DNA of 64,000 nt from Caldisericia bacterium (GTDB lineage Bacteria > Caldisericota > Caldisericia > UBA6126): the NCBI GenBank assembly GCA_028700655.1, contig JAQVSG010000004.1, forward strand, positions 1,570 through 65,569, written 5' to 3'. Positions 55,699 to 64,000 of this stretch are shown here, piece after piece. Under the pieces are notes generated by a model. The model was not told the DNA's origin. It did no database searches and was given only the letters and a program-made list of their open reading frames with translations. The first letter of the stretch is position 1. The number at the start of each line of letters is the position of its first letter. The position numbers and the translations under genes are program-made.

Positions 55699-56763
55699 TC
55701 AAGTTGTAGAGGTTTGGTTCTTGTTCCAAGCAAGCTGCAAAGCTTCCACAAATTCATCCAAATCACCGTTCATGATTTGGGTTAAATTGTGAGAACTATA
55801 CCCAATTCGGTGATCTGTTACACGGTTTTGGGGATAATTATACGTCCGTATCTTTTCGCTACGGTCTCCCCAACCCACTTGAGATTTACGGGTTTGCGAT
55901 TCTTCATCTTGTATTCTCTGTTTTTCAACATCCAGTAATCGGGTGTGTAAGATTTTTAAAGCTCGTAGTTTATTCTGCAATTTCGATCGTTCGTCCTGAC
56001 AAACAACAACGGTATTTGTGGGAAGGTGAGTGATGCGAATGGCGGTTTCGTTTTTTTGCACATTCTGACCACCATGCCCAGAAGCATTAAAAACATCAAT
56101 ACGTATATCGGAGGGATCAATCTCTATATCTGCTTCCTCGGCTTCTGTCATAACGGCAACAGTGATGGTGGATGTATGGATGCGACCGCCCGATTCGGTT
56201 GTTGGTACCCTTTGTACGCGATGAACTCCAGACTCAAATTTGAAATATTTTCTAGCATTCGTTCCGGCCACTTCAAAAATAATTTCTTTAAACCCACCAA
56301 TTCCAATTTCGTGAGAAGACATCACATCTACTTTCAATTGTTTTGAGACAGCATAGTTAAAATACATGCGAAACAAATCCGCTGCAAACAATGCCGCTTC
56401 ATCGCCTCCAGCAGCAGCACGGATTTCAACGATAACATCCTTTTGATCATCTGGATCTTCGGGGACAAGAAGCTCTTTAATACGAGCGAGAAGTTTTTCT
56501 CTCTTTTGGATTAATTCTTCCAATTCCACTTCGAGCTCTTTTTTATCCCTTACATTGGTTTCTTCATTTTTTAAAAAAGTAAATTCTTCGATTTCTTCTT
56601 CCAAGGATTGATACTCAAGAAAAGCTTGGGAATAAACTTTTAAAGAGCGTTCGCGCTTCCCCAGTTCCGCTACTTTTTTCTGATCCCCTAAAATGGTAGG
56701 ATCCGATAAAGAAGCTAGCACTTCTTGATATTCGTTTTCATATTGTCGTAATTTTTCGATCAT
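55699..56763 (-). CDS. prfA: Peptide chain release factor 1
   Basis: RVQRVPTTESGGRIHTS (PxT loop) and SGHGGQNVQK (GGQ). Confidence 0.95.
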   Translation of the reverse strand: MIEKLRQYENEYQEVLASLSDPTILGDQKKVAELGKRERSLKVYSQAFLEYQSLEEEIEEFTFLKNEETNVRDKKELEVELEELIQKREKLLARIKELLVPEDPDDQKDVIVEIRAAAGGDEAALFAADLFRMYFNYAVSKQLKVDVMSSHEIGIGGFKEIIFEVAGTNARKYFKFESGVHRVQRVPTTESGGRIHTSTITVAVMTEAEEADIEIDPSDIRIDVFNASGHGGQNVQKNETAIRITHLPTNTVVVCQDERSKLQNKLRALKILHTRLLDVEKQRIQDEESQTRKSQVGWGDRSEKIRTYNYPQNRVTDHRIGYSSHNLTQIMNGDLDEFVEALQLAWNKNQTSTT

Positions 56764-58430
56764 ACTTTATTAGTTTTTGGCTGTTGAAGCGAAATACTTT
56801 CTAAGAATTTTTCATTGGATGGGCTTTCTTTCATCCATTTTATTAATCGTTCTAAAGCTTCAGAATTGTCTAAATTGGACAAGAACTTACGTACCATCCA
56901 AATTCTTCGCAATTCATCTCCCTCGTAGAGCAATTCTTCTCTTCTTGTAGAAGATCTTGAAATATCCAAGGCAGGAAATACTCTCTTTTCAGACAATTTC
57001 CTTTCAAGGACAAGCTCCATATTGCCAGTTCCTTTGAACTCTTCATAAATGATTTCATCCATTTTTGACCCTGTCTCAATTAAGGCGGTTGCTAATATTG
57101 TCAAGCTGCCTCCACCGTCAATGTTTCGTGCGGCTCCCAAGAATTTTTTAGGTCCATGGATGGCGGCTGTATCCAATCCACCGGTAAGAGTTCTTCCAGA
57201 GGGCGTGCAAGAAAGATTGTAGGCTCTTGTTAATCGAGTAATACCATCTAGCAAGATAACAACATCCTTCTTCATTTCCACAAGACGTTTTGCTCGATTT
57301 ATTGCTAACTCCACTACACGAATGTGATTTTCCGGCAGTTGATCAAAGGTAGAAGAAATGATATCTGCTTTTACCGAACGTTTCATGTCTGTTACTTCTT
57401 CGGGACGTTCATCAATAAGAAGAATCATCAAATAGGCTTCTGGATTATTTTTGGCAATACCTTGAGCAATTCTTTTTATAACCGTAGTTTTTCCAGCTTT
57501 GGGAGGAGAAACAATCAAGCCTCTTTGTCCCTTGCCTAAAGGAGCGATTAACTCAATCAGCCTGTTTGTAATATTGGCTGTTTCCACCGAAGCAGAAAGA
57601 CGAAATCGTTCCAGTGGGAAAATAGGAATCAAGTCTTCAAAACGGGGTCGATTAATGATGGAGGTAGGATGTGCCTTGTTGATAGAATCCACTGTGGTTA
57701 GGGCACTGTATTTTTCCTTTTCATTTCTTGGGTTTCTCATTCGTCCTTCAATATAATCCCCGGGACGAAGCCCTAATTTTTTGATCAAGGACGGGTGAAC
57801 ATAAATATCAGAAGTATCTGGAATATATTTGGGAGAACGTAAAAAACCATAACCGTCAACATGAACATCTAAAACACCCCTTGCAATCGGTTTTGAAGGT
57901 ACATGGTCATGCGGTGCATAGGAAGAATGATCTTGTTGCTGAGATCGCGCTTGTTTTGATTCTCCTACGTGCCTTTGGGGACTTTGCCGATTGTCTTCTT
58001 TGTGATTTTGGGGTCTATCTTCTTGTGCGTATATAGCCTCTTCGAAAGTGGTAGTTTTGGTTTCTGTTTTGGTTTCTTTTTGGGGTTCTGTTTTTTGTTC
58101 GGGTTTGGTTTCAGTGGTTTCATTCTTTGTTTCTCGATCTTCCGAAGAATCCTTTTCTTTTCTATCCCCCTTCTCCTCTTCCTGGGTTTCCTTTTTGGAT
58201 GGACTTTTTGTAGTCTTTTTGCTGGGGGGTTTTTGAGCGGGTTTTGATTCTTTTTTTTCGGGTTCTTGGGAAGTAGTATTTCCTTCTTTTAAGTCCAAGA
58301 TAGCATCGATGAGTTCTTGTTTTTTAAAACGAGTATATCGAAGAACCTTAATCTCACGAGCTATTTGATATAGTTCCCGAGCTCTAAGCGACTCTAAATA
58401 CTCTCGTGTTAGTGATTCTAAGTTAAACAT
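56760..58430 (-). CDS. rho: Transcription termination factor Rho with an N-terminal low-complexity insertion
   Basis: Rho_N helix bundle, a cold-shock-like RNA-binding domain ([12 protein letters not shown]), Walker [19 protein letters not shown], and a C-terminal RecA-like core. Start set at ATG 58430, 4 nt after GGAGGT. Confidence 0.95.
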   Translation of the reverse strand: MFNLESLTREYLESLRARELYQIAREIKVLRYTRFKKQELIDAILDLKEGNTTSQEPEKKESKPAQKPPSKKTTKSPSKKETQEEEKGDRKEKDSSEDRETKNETTETKPEQKTEPQKETKTETKTTTFEEAIYAQEDRPQNHKEDNRQSPQRHVGESKQARSQQQDHSSYAPHDHVPSKPIARGVLDVHVDGYGFLRSPKYIPDTSDIYVHPSLIKKLGLRPGDYIEGRMRNPRNEKEKYSALTTVDSINKAHPTSIINRPRFEDLIPIFPLERFRLSASVETANITNRLIELIAPLGKGQRGLIVSPPKAGKTTVIKRIAQGIAKNNPEAYLMILLIDERPEEVTDMKRSVKADIISSTFDQLPENHIRVVELAINRAKRLVEMKKDVVILLDGITRLTRAYNLSCTPSGRTLTGGLDTAAIHGPKKFLGAARNIDGGGSLTILATALIETGSKMDEIIYEEFKGTGNMELVLERKLSEKRVFPALDISRSSTRREELLYEGDELRRIWMVRKFLSNLDNSEALERLIKWMKESPSNEKFLESISLQQPKTNKV

Positions 58431-58449
58431 GGTTACCTCCAAAGGCTGC

Positions 58450-58857
58450 CTATTTGATATCGGTCGAAACTTTGTCTATGATTTCATTACACAATCGATC
58501 AGCATGAGTGTTTTCTTTTCGAGGAATGTGAGTAAACGTTACAGAATGGAAACAACGCACAAGTTCTATAATGGACTTGTAGAGTGGGAACAAATCTTGG
58601 CTTTTCACTTTCCATTGATGTGTGCATTGGTTCACAACCAATAGACTATCACTAAAAATGGCAACGTCATTATAGTGTTCCTTCTGACATTTTTCAAGAG
58701 CCAACAACACAGCTGTGTATTCTGCAAAATTGTTTGTTTGAATACCAAGAAACTTTGCATATTCAAAAACAACCGTTTGGTCTTTTTGGATAACAAAAGC
58801 ACAGCTAGCTAAACCAGGATTGCTTCTGCTAGCTCCATCGGTATATACCTTAATCAT
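58450..58857 (-). CDS. rnhA: Ribonuclease HI-type protein
   Basis: YTDGASRSNPG, NFAEYTA, SDSLLVVNQ, and HADRLCN, the DEDD-type RNase H pattern. Confidence 0.8.
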   Translation of the reverse strand: MIKVYTDGASRSNPGLASCAFVIQKDQTVVFEYAKFLGIQTNNFAEYTAVLLALEKCQKEHYNDVAIFSDSLLVVNQCTHQWKVKSQDLFPLYKSIIELVRCFHSVTFTHIPRKENTHADRLCNEIIDKVSTDIK

Positions 58858-59566
58858 TCTTTCTCACAAGGATCCGATGGCAGTTTTCGCAATAGTGAAT
58901 TTCACCAGGATTTCTATGTACGGAATCAATCAACCGCCGTGATAACGTTGTACCACAACCCGAACAAACAGCACCTTGTACATACACCACGGCACTTTGT
59001 TGACCGCGTAGAAAAGCATGATCAAACGCATCTAACAATTCTTGTGATAGCCCTTCACGCGAGTGTTGTATGTCATCTTCAGTAGCACGAATCTCTTGGG
59101 TTATTTCCTGCGTTCTCGCTTTCATCCACGCATTTTCTTTGTTAAAATCTTGTTTCAATCGATTGAAATCGGCATCCACTTGGCGAAAATGTTTTTCTTC
59201 AATCTCCACTTGATTCATAGACTCAATAACATCAGATTCTACGGTGGCAAGGTTTTCTTTCAAAATTTGTATTTTTTTCTGCAAATCGGATAATTCTTTG
59301 GGGTTTTTTGAAGCCCTATTTGAGTACATGGATTTTGTATATTCGTCAGTTTGGTGTTCCAAATCTTTCATATGAATTTCTTTATCTTTTAGGATTTTTT
59401 GTAAATTTTCAAGAGTCTTTTGCATTTTCTTCCATTCCACAAACTTCAATTTTGCGCTTGCTTCCATATGGGAAAAATGCAACTTGATCTTCCGATCTTC
59501 TCGTTTTAATTCATTCAAACGATCATACTTCGACTGTAAGTGGTATAAATTAATTAGCGTATTCAT
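58850..59566 (-). CDS. Coiled-coil protein with C-terminal C4 zinc ribbon (COG1579-like)
   Basis: Long heptad-rich N-terminal part, then CSGCGTTLS...YCENCHRIL. Confidence 0.7.
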   Translation of the reverse strand: MNTLINLYHLQSKYDRLNELKREDRKIKLHFSHMEASAKLKFVEWKKMQKTLENLQKILKDKEIHMKDLEHQTDEYTKSMYSNRASKNPKELSDLQKKIQILKENLATVESDVIESMNQVEIEEKHFRQVDADFNRLKQDFNKENAWMKARTQEITQEIRATEDDIQHSREGLSQELLDAFDHAFLRGQQSAVVYVQGAVCSGCGTTLSRRLIDSVHRNPGEIHYCENCHRILVRKND

Positions 59567-59580
59567 CGATATTATGGATG

Positions 59581-59654
59581 TGGGCCCTGAAGGACTCGAA
59601 CCTCCGACCCGCTGGTTATGAGCCAGCTGCTCTAACCAACTGAGCTAAGGGCCC
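59581..59654 (-). tRNA. tRNA with CAU anticodon (elongator Met or lysidine-dependent Ile2; not initiator-type), no encoded CCA
   Basis: Minus strand GGGCCCT-TA-GCTC-AGTTGGTTA-GAGC-A-GCTGG-CTCATAA-CCAGC-GGGTC-GGAGG-TTCGAGT-CCTTC-AGGGCCC-A folds as a 74-nt cloverleaf. No 1:72 mismatch and no GGG/CCC anticodon stem. Confidence 0.9.
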
Positions 59655-59709
59655 GACTAAACCTCCAATGAAATGAATTCATGGCGAATACAAATGTAGT
59701 TTTTTTTCT

Positions 59710-59743
59710 TTTTTTGTCAAATCGGAACAAAAAATTGACAAAA
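59710..59743. repeat. 10-bp perfect inverted repeat TTTTTGTCAA ... TTGACAAAAA with a 14-nt spacer
   Basis: Arms at 59710-59719 and 59734-59743. The right arm contains the -35 of the transporter promoter. Confidence 0.8.
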
Positions 59744-59762
59744 AGGGATGATTTCATTTTAA
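59734..59762 (+). promoter_or_regulatory. Sigma70-like promoter for the DASS transporter gene
   Basis: TTGACA (59734-59739), 17-nt spacer, TTTAAT (59757-59762). Confidence 0.45.
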
Positions 59763-59798
59763 TAAGTTTTATTCTAAGCAAAAGAGGTATTGTAGAAT

Positions 59799-61232
59799 AT
59801 GAAAAAGTTTCGTTTGTTTCGACTCATGCTGAGTTCGCTGTTCCTAGTTTTTATTCCTTCTATTGCTCGAGCTGCAGAATCATCCGGCTCCTCTTCGAAT
59901 ACGACACAAATTTGGATCGCAATTGGAATTCTCATTCTTGCGGCTGTTCTTTTTTTGACCGAAGCGATTCCGCTTGTTGCCACGGCAATGCTCGTTCCTT
60001 TTTTGCTCGTGATTTTCCAAATCGCTACATTTGGAGAAGCTTTCTCGGGTTTTTCAGACCAATGGGTTTTGCTCTTTCTTTTCATGTTCATCATTGGAGA
60101 CTCTCTCTTTCAAGTGGGTGTTGCTGACAAACTTGGTCATTCCATCATACGCGTGGCAAAAAACAATGAAACACGTCTCATTGTATATGTCATGCTTGTC
60201 AGCGGTCTTATGTCTGCATTTCTTAGTAACACCGGTACGGCCGCATGTTTACTGCCCATCATGATGGCCATTTCCAAAAACAGTGGAATTTCTATTAAAA
60301 AACTTCTTATTCCGATGGCCTTTGCAACCTCTCTTGGAGGGGCAATGACTTTGATTGGAACGCCTCCCAATGGAATTATTCAATCGGCGTATGGTAGTAT
60401 TAAAGGGACTTTCACATTCTTTGACTTCGGAAAGGTATCCATTTTCATTTTCATTATTGGTATCATTTTCATGGTCACCATCGGCAAGAAGATTTTGGCG
60501 AAGATTGACCAACAATCTTCATCAAAAGGAATCAAAGACCCGGAAGACGACATGAAAATGAAACCAGAAATTACGTACGATCGCAAAAAAGCACCCATTG
60601 CCATTGCCACATTTGTACTTGTGATTGTTTTCATGGTCATGTCCCCGCTGTGGCAAAATTTCTTACCCTCATTGGCTCCTTTTTTCAAAAGCATTCCCCT
60701 CGTGTCCTATGCAGTTTTAGGGGCCGTGGTTATATTGGCAGCCAAGGTTGTTACCGTAAAACAAGCATTTAAAGCAGTGGACTGGACCACCATTTTCTTG
60801 TTTGCGGGTATGCTTTCCATGAAACCTGCTTTGGTAAACTCTGGTGCTGCTGAATTTATCGGAAAAGGAATCATTCAAGGTACAGGAGGAATGGGAATCA
60901 ATCCCAATTATGCAGTTCTCATTGCACTCATTATTGTCAGTGTTATTGTTACAAATTTCATGTCCAACACTGCAACAGCTGCACTTTTTGCTCCCATAGC
61001 TTTAGAAGTAGGGGTCTTGCTTGGATGTAGCCCTGCACCTTTGTTGATGGGTGTAGGTCTTGCTACTTCCGCCTGTTTTTTAACCCCCGTAGCAACTCCT
61101 CCAAATACTCTCGTGTTAGGTCCTGGTCGATATTCATTTATGGATTATGTAAAATCGGGGTGGATGCTGCAACTTATTGTTGTGATATTGCTGGTTCTTC
61201 TCATCCCCATATTTTTCCCCTTTATGCCGTAA
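59799..61232 (+). CDS. DASS/SLC13 family anion:sodium symporter (di/tricarboxylate or sulfate)
   Basis: Multi-TM protein with the two hairpin-tip motifs LSNTGTA and MSNTATA, plus GTPPN and ATPPN, as in INDY-type transporters. Confidence 0.8.
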   Translation: MKKFRLFRLMLSSLFLVFIPSIARAAESSGSSSNTTQIWIAIGILILAAVLFLTEAIPLVATAMLVPFLLVIFQIATFGEAFSGFSDQWVLLFLFMFIIGDSLFQVGVADKLGHSIIRVAKNNETRLIVYVMLVSGLMSAFLSNTGTAACLLPIMMAISKNSGISIKKLLIPMAFATSLGGAMTLIGTPPNGIIQSAYGSIKGTFTFFDFGKVSIFIFIIGIIFMVTIGKKILAKIDQQSSSKGIKDPEDDMKMKPEITYDRKKAPIAIATFVLVIVFMVMSPLWQNFLPSLAPFFKSIPLVSYAVLGAVVILAAKVVTVKQAFKAVDWTTIFLFAGMLSMKPALVNSGAAEFIGKGIIQGTGGMGINPNYAVLIALIIVSVIVTNFMSNTATAALFAPIALEVGVLLGCSPAPLLMGVGLATSACFLTPVATPPNTLVLGPGRYSFMDYVKSGWMLQLIVVILLVLLIPIFFPFMP

Positions 61233-61257
61233 GAACTCGTTCTTACCAGTTCCATCA

Positions 61258-61297
61258 AATCCCCATAGGAAGTTTCGTTCCCATGGGGATTTTTTTT
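61258..61297 (+). terminator. Intrinsic terminator after the DASS transporter gene
   Basis: AATCCCCATAGG / CCCATGGGGATT stem (one mismatch), followed by a 7-T run. Confidence 0.75.
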
Positions 61298-61315
61298 CGC
61301 ACAATTCACCAATCT

Positions 61316-61324
61316 TGGTATAAT
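61316..61324 (+). promoter_or_regulatory. Extended -10 element (TGGTATAAT) upstream of pepF
   Basis: TG-G-TATAAT at 61316-61324, 25 nt upstream of the pepF ATG. No good -35 element. Confidence 0.4.
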
Positions 61325-61348
61325 GTACACAAACCCTATGAATAGGAA

Positions 61349-63112
61349 GTGTTAATTATGCCACAATGGAATCTAAATACCCGATACACCTCGATCGATG
61401 ATCCAAGCATTCGTAAAGACTTACAAAAATCCGTACAAAACGCCAAAGAATTGCAAGAGAAATACGCTCCCCTTCTAGGAGATATGAATCTCCAAGCATC
61501 CACTCTTCGAGCGTTTTTTGAAGATACAGAGAACATTCTAAGTCAAGGATACATCGCCTTTCAGTTTGCAAACCTGTCCTACGCATCCTGCACCTCAGAT
61601 CAGAAAGCACAAAGACTATTCGCACAGGCAATGGATTCAATGACAGAAATAGACACGGCTCTATCTTTCTGGAAACCACTCTTATCCAAACTGCCCATAA
61701 ACCATTTAAACACATTGATGAAAAGTGAATTATTGATTGATTATGAACATGTTTTATCTCTTCTTATTGATTCTAAAAAACACATCTTAAGTGAAAGCGA
61801 AGAACGTCTACTATCCACTTTTTCAAATTCTTCCCGTTCTGCGTTTGCCAATTTATATGATGCCGTCACGAATGCGTATGAGTTTCATTTACAACTTGAT
61901 AATACACAGCAAACACTGACTGGACCGCAAATTCGATCTTTACGATTGCATCCCGATAAAGATGTTCGCAGAGAATCGATGACTATTTTTTTCCTTCGAT
62001 ATGCGCAAGACAAAATCGTTATTGAAAAAGCATACAACGCCATTGCAAAGCATTACAATACAGAAGCATCAATTCGACATTTCGAAGAACCAATCCACAT
62101 GAGAAATCACGATAACGAAGTGGACCACAAAATTATCGATACTCTTCTTCAAACGACATCAAATCACGCCCATCTTGTGCAGGAATACTATGGTTGGAAA
62201 CAGACTCAACTAGGCATAGATATAACCCTTGCCGACCTGTATGCACCAGTAGGTCATGAAGAAAAGAAATTTTCGTTTGAAGAAGCCAAAACGATTGTCC
62301 TTGATGCTTACAAACAGTTTGATCCAGAAATGGGCTCTATTGCACAATCCTTTTTTGACGAACAACGCATTGACTCTGACATTCGAAAAGGCAAAAGAGG
62401 AGGAGCTTTTTGTTCGTATGTGATCCCCAATCGTAAACCATATATTCTCCTCAATTTTACAGGCACAATGCGCGACGTAATGACCCTTGCCCACGAATTG
62501 GGTCACGGCATTCATGGGACTTTATCATCGGAACAAACGTTCTGGAATTACCATACTCCACTTACCATGGCAGAGATCGCTTCCGTTTTTGGTGAAATGA
62601 TTGTCATGGACTCCATTCTTCCGACTCTATCGCAGGACGACAGAAACGCATTCATTGCTTCAAAGATTGAAGACATGTTCGCAACCATGTTCCGGCAAAA
62701 TATGTTTAGTCGATTTGAAATAGCCTCCCATAAAATGATTCAGGAAAATGGAAATGCAAACTGGGACGAATTGTCCGAATTGTACCACCAAGAACTTATC
62801 AACGTTTTTGGGGGGGTTGTTCAAATACCCAAAGAATACCACTACGAATGGGCATCCATCCCTCACATGTTCAATGTTCCTTTCTATGTATATGCCTACA
62901 ACTTTGCCAATCTTCTAGTCATTGCCCTGTACCAAAAATACAAAGAAGAAGGTTCTATTTTCATTCCTCGATACAAAGACCTTTTAAGAAGCGGTGGCAA
63001 GCAAGCTCCCGAAATCCTTCTTTCGCCACTAGGTATTCAGCTAGATTCAAAGACATTTTGGGAAAAAGGGTTTGAATATGTGTCTAAAAACATGATTCAA
63101 ACTCTTCAATAG
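61349..63112 (+). CDS. pepF: Oligoendopeptidase F (M3B family)
   Basis: Zinc motif HELGHGIH with a downstream Glu (MAEIASVFGE). Length and layout typical of PepF. Confidence 0.9.
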   Translation: MLIMPQWNLNTRYTSIDDPSIRKDLQKSVQNAKELQEKYAPLLGDMNLQASTLRAFFEDTENILSQGYIAFQFANLSYASCTSDQKAQRLFAQAMDSMTEIDTALSFWKPLLSKLPINHLNTLMKSELLIDYEHVLSLLIDSKKHILSESEERLLSTFSNSSRSAFANLYDAVTNAYEFHLQLDNTQQTLTGPQIRSLRLHPDKDVRRESMTIFFLRYAQDKIVIEKAYNAIAKHYNTEASIRHFEEPIHMRNHDNEVDHKIIDTLLQTTSNHAHLVQEYYGWKQTQLGIDITLADLYAPVGHEEKKFSFEEAKTIVLDAYKQFDPEMGSIAQSFFDEQRIDSDIRKGKRGGAFCSYVIPNRKPYILLNFTGTMRDVMTLAHELGHGIHGTLSSEQTFWNYHTPLTMAEIASVFGEMIVMDSILPTLSQDDRNAFIASKIEDMFATMFRQNMFSRFEIASHKMIQENGNANWDELSELYHQELINVFGGVVQIPKEYHYEWASIPHMFNVPFYVYAYNFANLLVIALYQKYKEEGSIFIPRYKDLLRSGGKQAPEILLSPLGIQLDSKTFWEKGFEYVSKNMIQTLQ

Positions 63113-63120
63113 ATGTTTTG

Positions 63121-64000
63121 ATGAAAGACCAAATTCGGTTCTCCATCCGTTCGAAAGATACATCATCGAAAGCAAGGATCACCCAGTTTGAAACCCACCA
63201 CGGTGTTTTAGAAACTCCTGTTTTTATGCCCGTTGGTACCTGTGCAACAGTGAAGGCCTGTACAGTCGATCAGTTATACGAAATCGATGTTCCCATCATT
63301 CTTTCCAACACCTACCACTTGTACCTACAACCAGGAGATGAAATTGTCAAAGAAGCCGGAGGACTTCATTCTTTTATGAATTGGAAACGAATCATTCTTA
63401 CCGATTCCGGTGGTTTTCAAATTTTTTCCTTATCTCAAATGAGCAAGATTCACCCTAACGGAGTTGAGTTTAAATCTTTTAGAGACGGATCCAAACACTT
63501 TTTTACGCCCGAAAAAACCATTTCTATTCAACAAAACTTAGGTTCCGATATCATCATGCCTTTGGATATTTGTACACAGTTTGGAACGTCGCAAAAGGAC
63601 ATTCAGAAGTCAACCGAGCATACAGTTCGGTGGGCAAGTATGGCAAAAAAAGCAACGGATGGAAATGAGTCACAAATCCTTTTTGGAATCGTGCAAGGTG
63701 GTTTCACTCTAGAAGGTCGCCAAGAATGCATGGAACAACTACGAGAAATTGGTTTTCCGGGCTACTCAATTGGATCTTTAAGTGTAGGGGAACCCAGAGA
63801 TGTATTTGAAGAAATAGCCCATCATATTGCCCCTCAATTAAACGATGGGCCTGTCTACTTAATGGGCGTTGGCGATCCGTATCGAATTTTAAAGGCAATT
63901 GGCATGGGAGTGGACATGTTTGATTGTGTATTGCCCACAAGAATTGCTAGAAATCGCACATTGTTTACTCGAAACGGGAAAATCACGTTGACCAACAAAC
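63121..64000 (+). CDS. tgt: Queuine tRNA-ribosyltransferase (tRNA-guanine transglycosylase), 3' end outside window
   Basis: The frame from ATG 63121 is open to the window end. It reads MKDQIRFS..HGVLETPVFMPVGT, TDSGGFQ, MPLD, GIVQGG, YLMGVG and GVDMFDCVLPTR. Not in the ORF track because no stop codon is reached. Confidence 0.9.
   Translation, partial: MKDQIRFSIRSKDTSSKARITQFETHHGVLETPVFMPVGTCATVKACTVDQLYEIDVPIILSNTYHLYLQPGDEIVKEAGGLHSFMNWKRIILTDSGGFQIFSLSQMSKIHPNGVEFKSFRDGSKHFFTPEKTISIQQNLGSDIIMPLDICTQFGTSQKDIQKSTEHTVRWASMAKKATDGNESQILFGIVQGGFTLEGRQECMEQLREIGFPGYSIGSLSVGEPRDVFEEIAHHIAPQLNDGPVYLMGVGDPYRILKAIGMGVDMFDCVLPTRIARNRTLFTRNGKITLTNK

Noticed and set aside
57969-58247. Plus-strand ORFs (92 and 62 aa) rich in F/L/G/S opposite rho
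   Set aside because: They are antisense translations of the low-complexity K/E/T-coding insertion of rho. They have no SD or promoter.
59681-60127. 148-aa plus-strand ORF overlapping the start of the DASS transporter
   Set aside because: It is out of frame with and largely inside the well-supported transporter gene. It begins upstream of the predicted promoter and has no family resemblance.
1-64000. Search for CRISPR arrays, IS elements, integrases, prophage or rRNA genes, and for riboswitch/T-box leaders upstream of metG, nadA and tgt
   Set aside because: I saw no direct-repeat arrays or transposase/integrase-like ORFs. metG, nadA and tgt are overlap- or closely coupled to upstream genes, leaving no room for leader RNAs. 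The only non-coding stretches over 150 nt are 29125-29614 and 59567-59798, both treated above.

Overview
64 kb of a very compact bacterial chromosome, about 97% coding by my calls, with many 1-8 nt start/stop overlaps. It looks AT-rich by eye; I did not compute GC. Local gene order (rpsU-pgpH-ybeY, rsmE-mtaB, rsmI-metG-tatD, rho-prfA-prmC-plsY-tsaC, rplS-lepB-rnhB-yraN) resembles Bacillota/Clostridia-like genomes. Three exported proteins carry the copper-amine-oxidase N-terminal-like domain common in that group. The taxon is an inference. I call about 60 protein genes, mostly housekeeping: SecDF, PcrA, S1, RecG, MurI, NadABC, LipAB, MetG, TpiA, EtfAB, RF1, Rho and Tgt. I also call one tRNA(CAU), several intrinsic terminators and some sigma70-like promoters. 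I saw no rRNA, CRISPR array, transposase/integrase or prophage signal. The most interesting spot is the only sizeable unannotated gap (29125-29614). On its minus strand it holds a strong promoter, a 34-codon ORF whose SD can be sequestered by a long-range stem, and a strong terminator. Two more SD-preceded micro-ORFs (9 and 30 codons) follow, directly upstream of an ABC-2 exporter. This could be a small-peptide/exporter module or a leader-peptide-regulated one. Other points: a membrane/lipid module (50080-53614) with a choloylglycine-hydrolase-like protein lacking its Cys nucleophile next to a patatin; a signal peptide-vWA-like-TM-FHA protein heading a seven-gene translationally coupled operon that ends in nadABC; a five-subunit FAD/FeS amino-acid-dehydrogenase-like cluster upstream of murI; an orphan CofE-like gene; and a Rho with a ~130-aa low-complexity insertion. 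All functional calls rest on motif recognition by eye. No database search was run.
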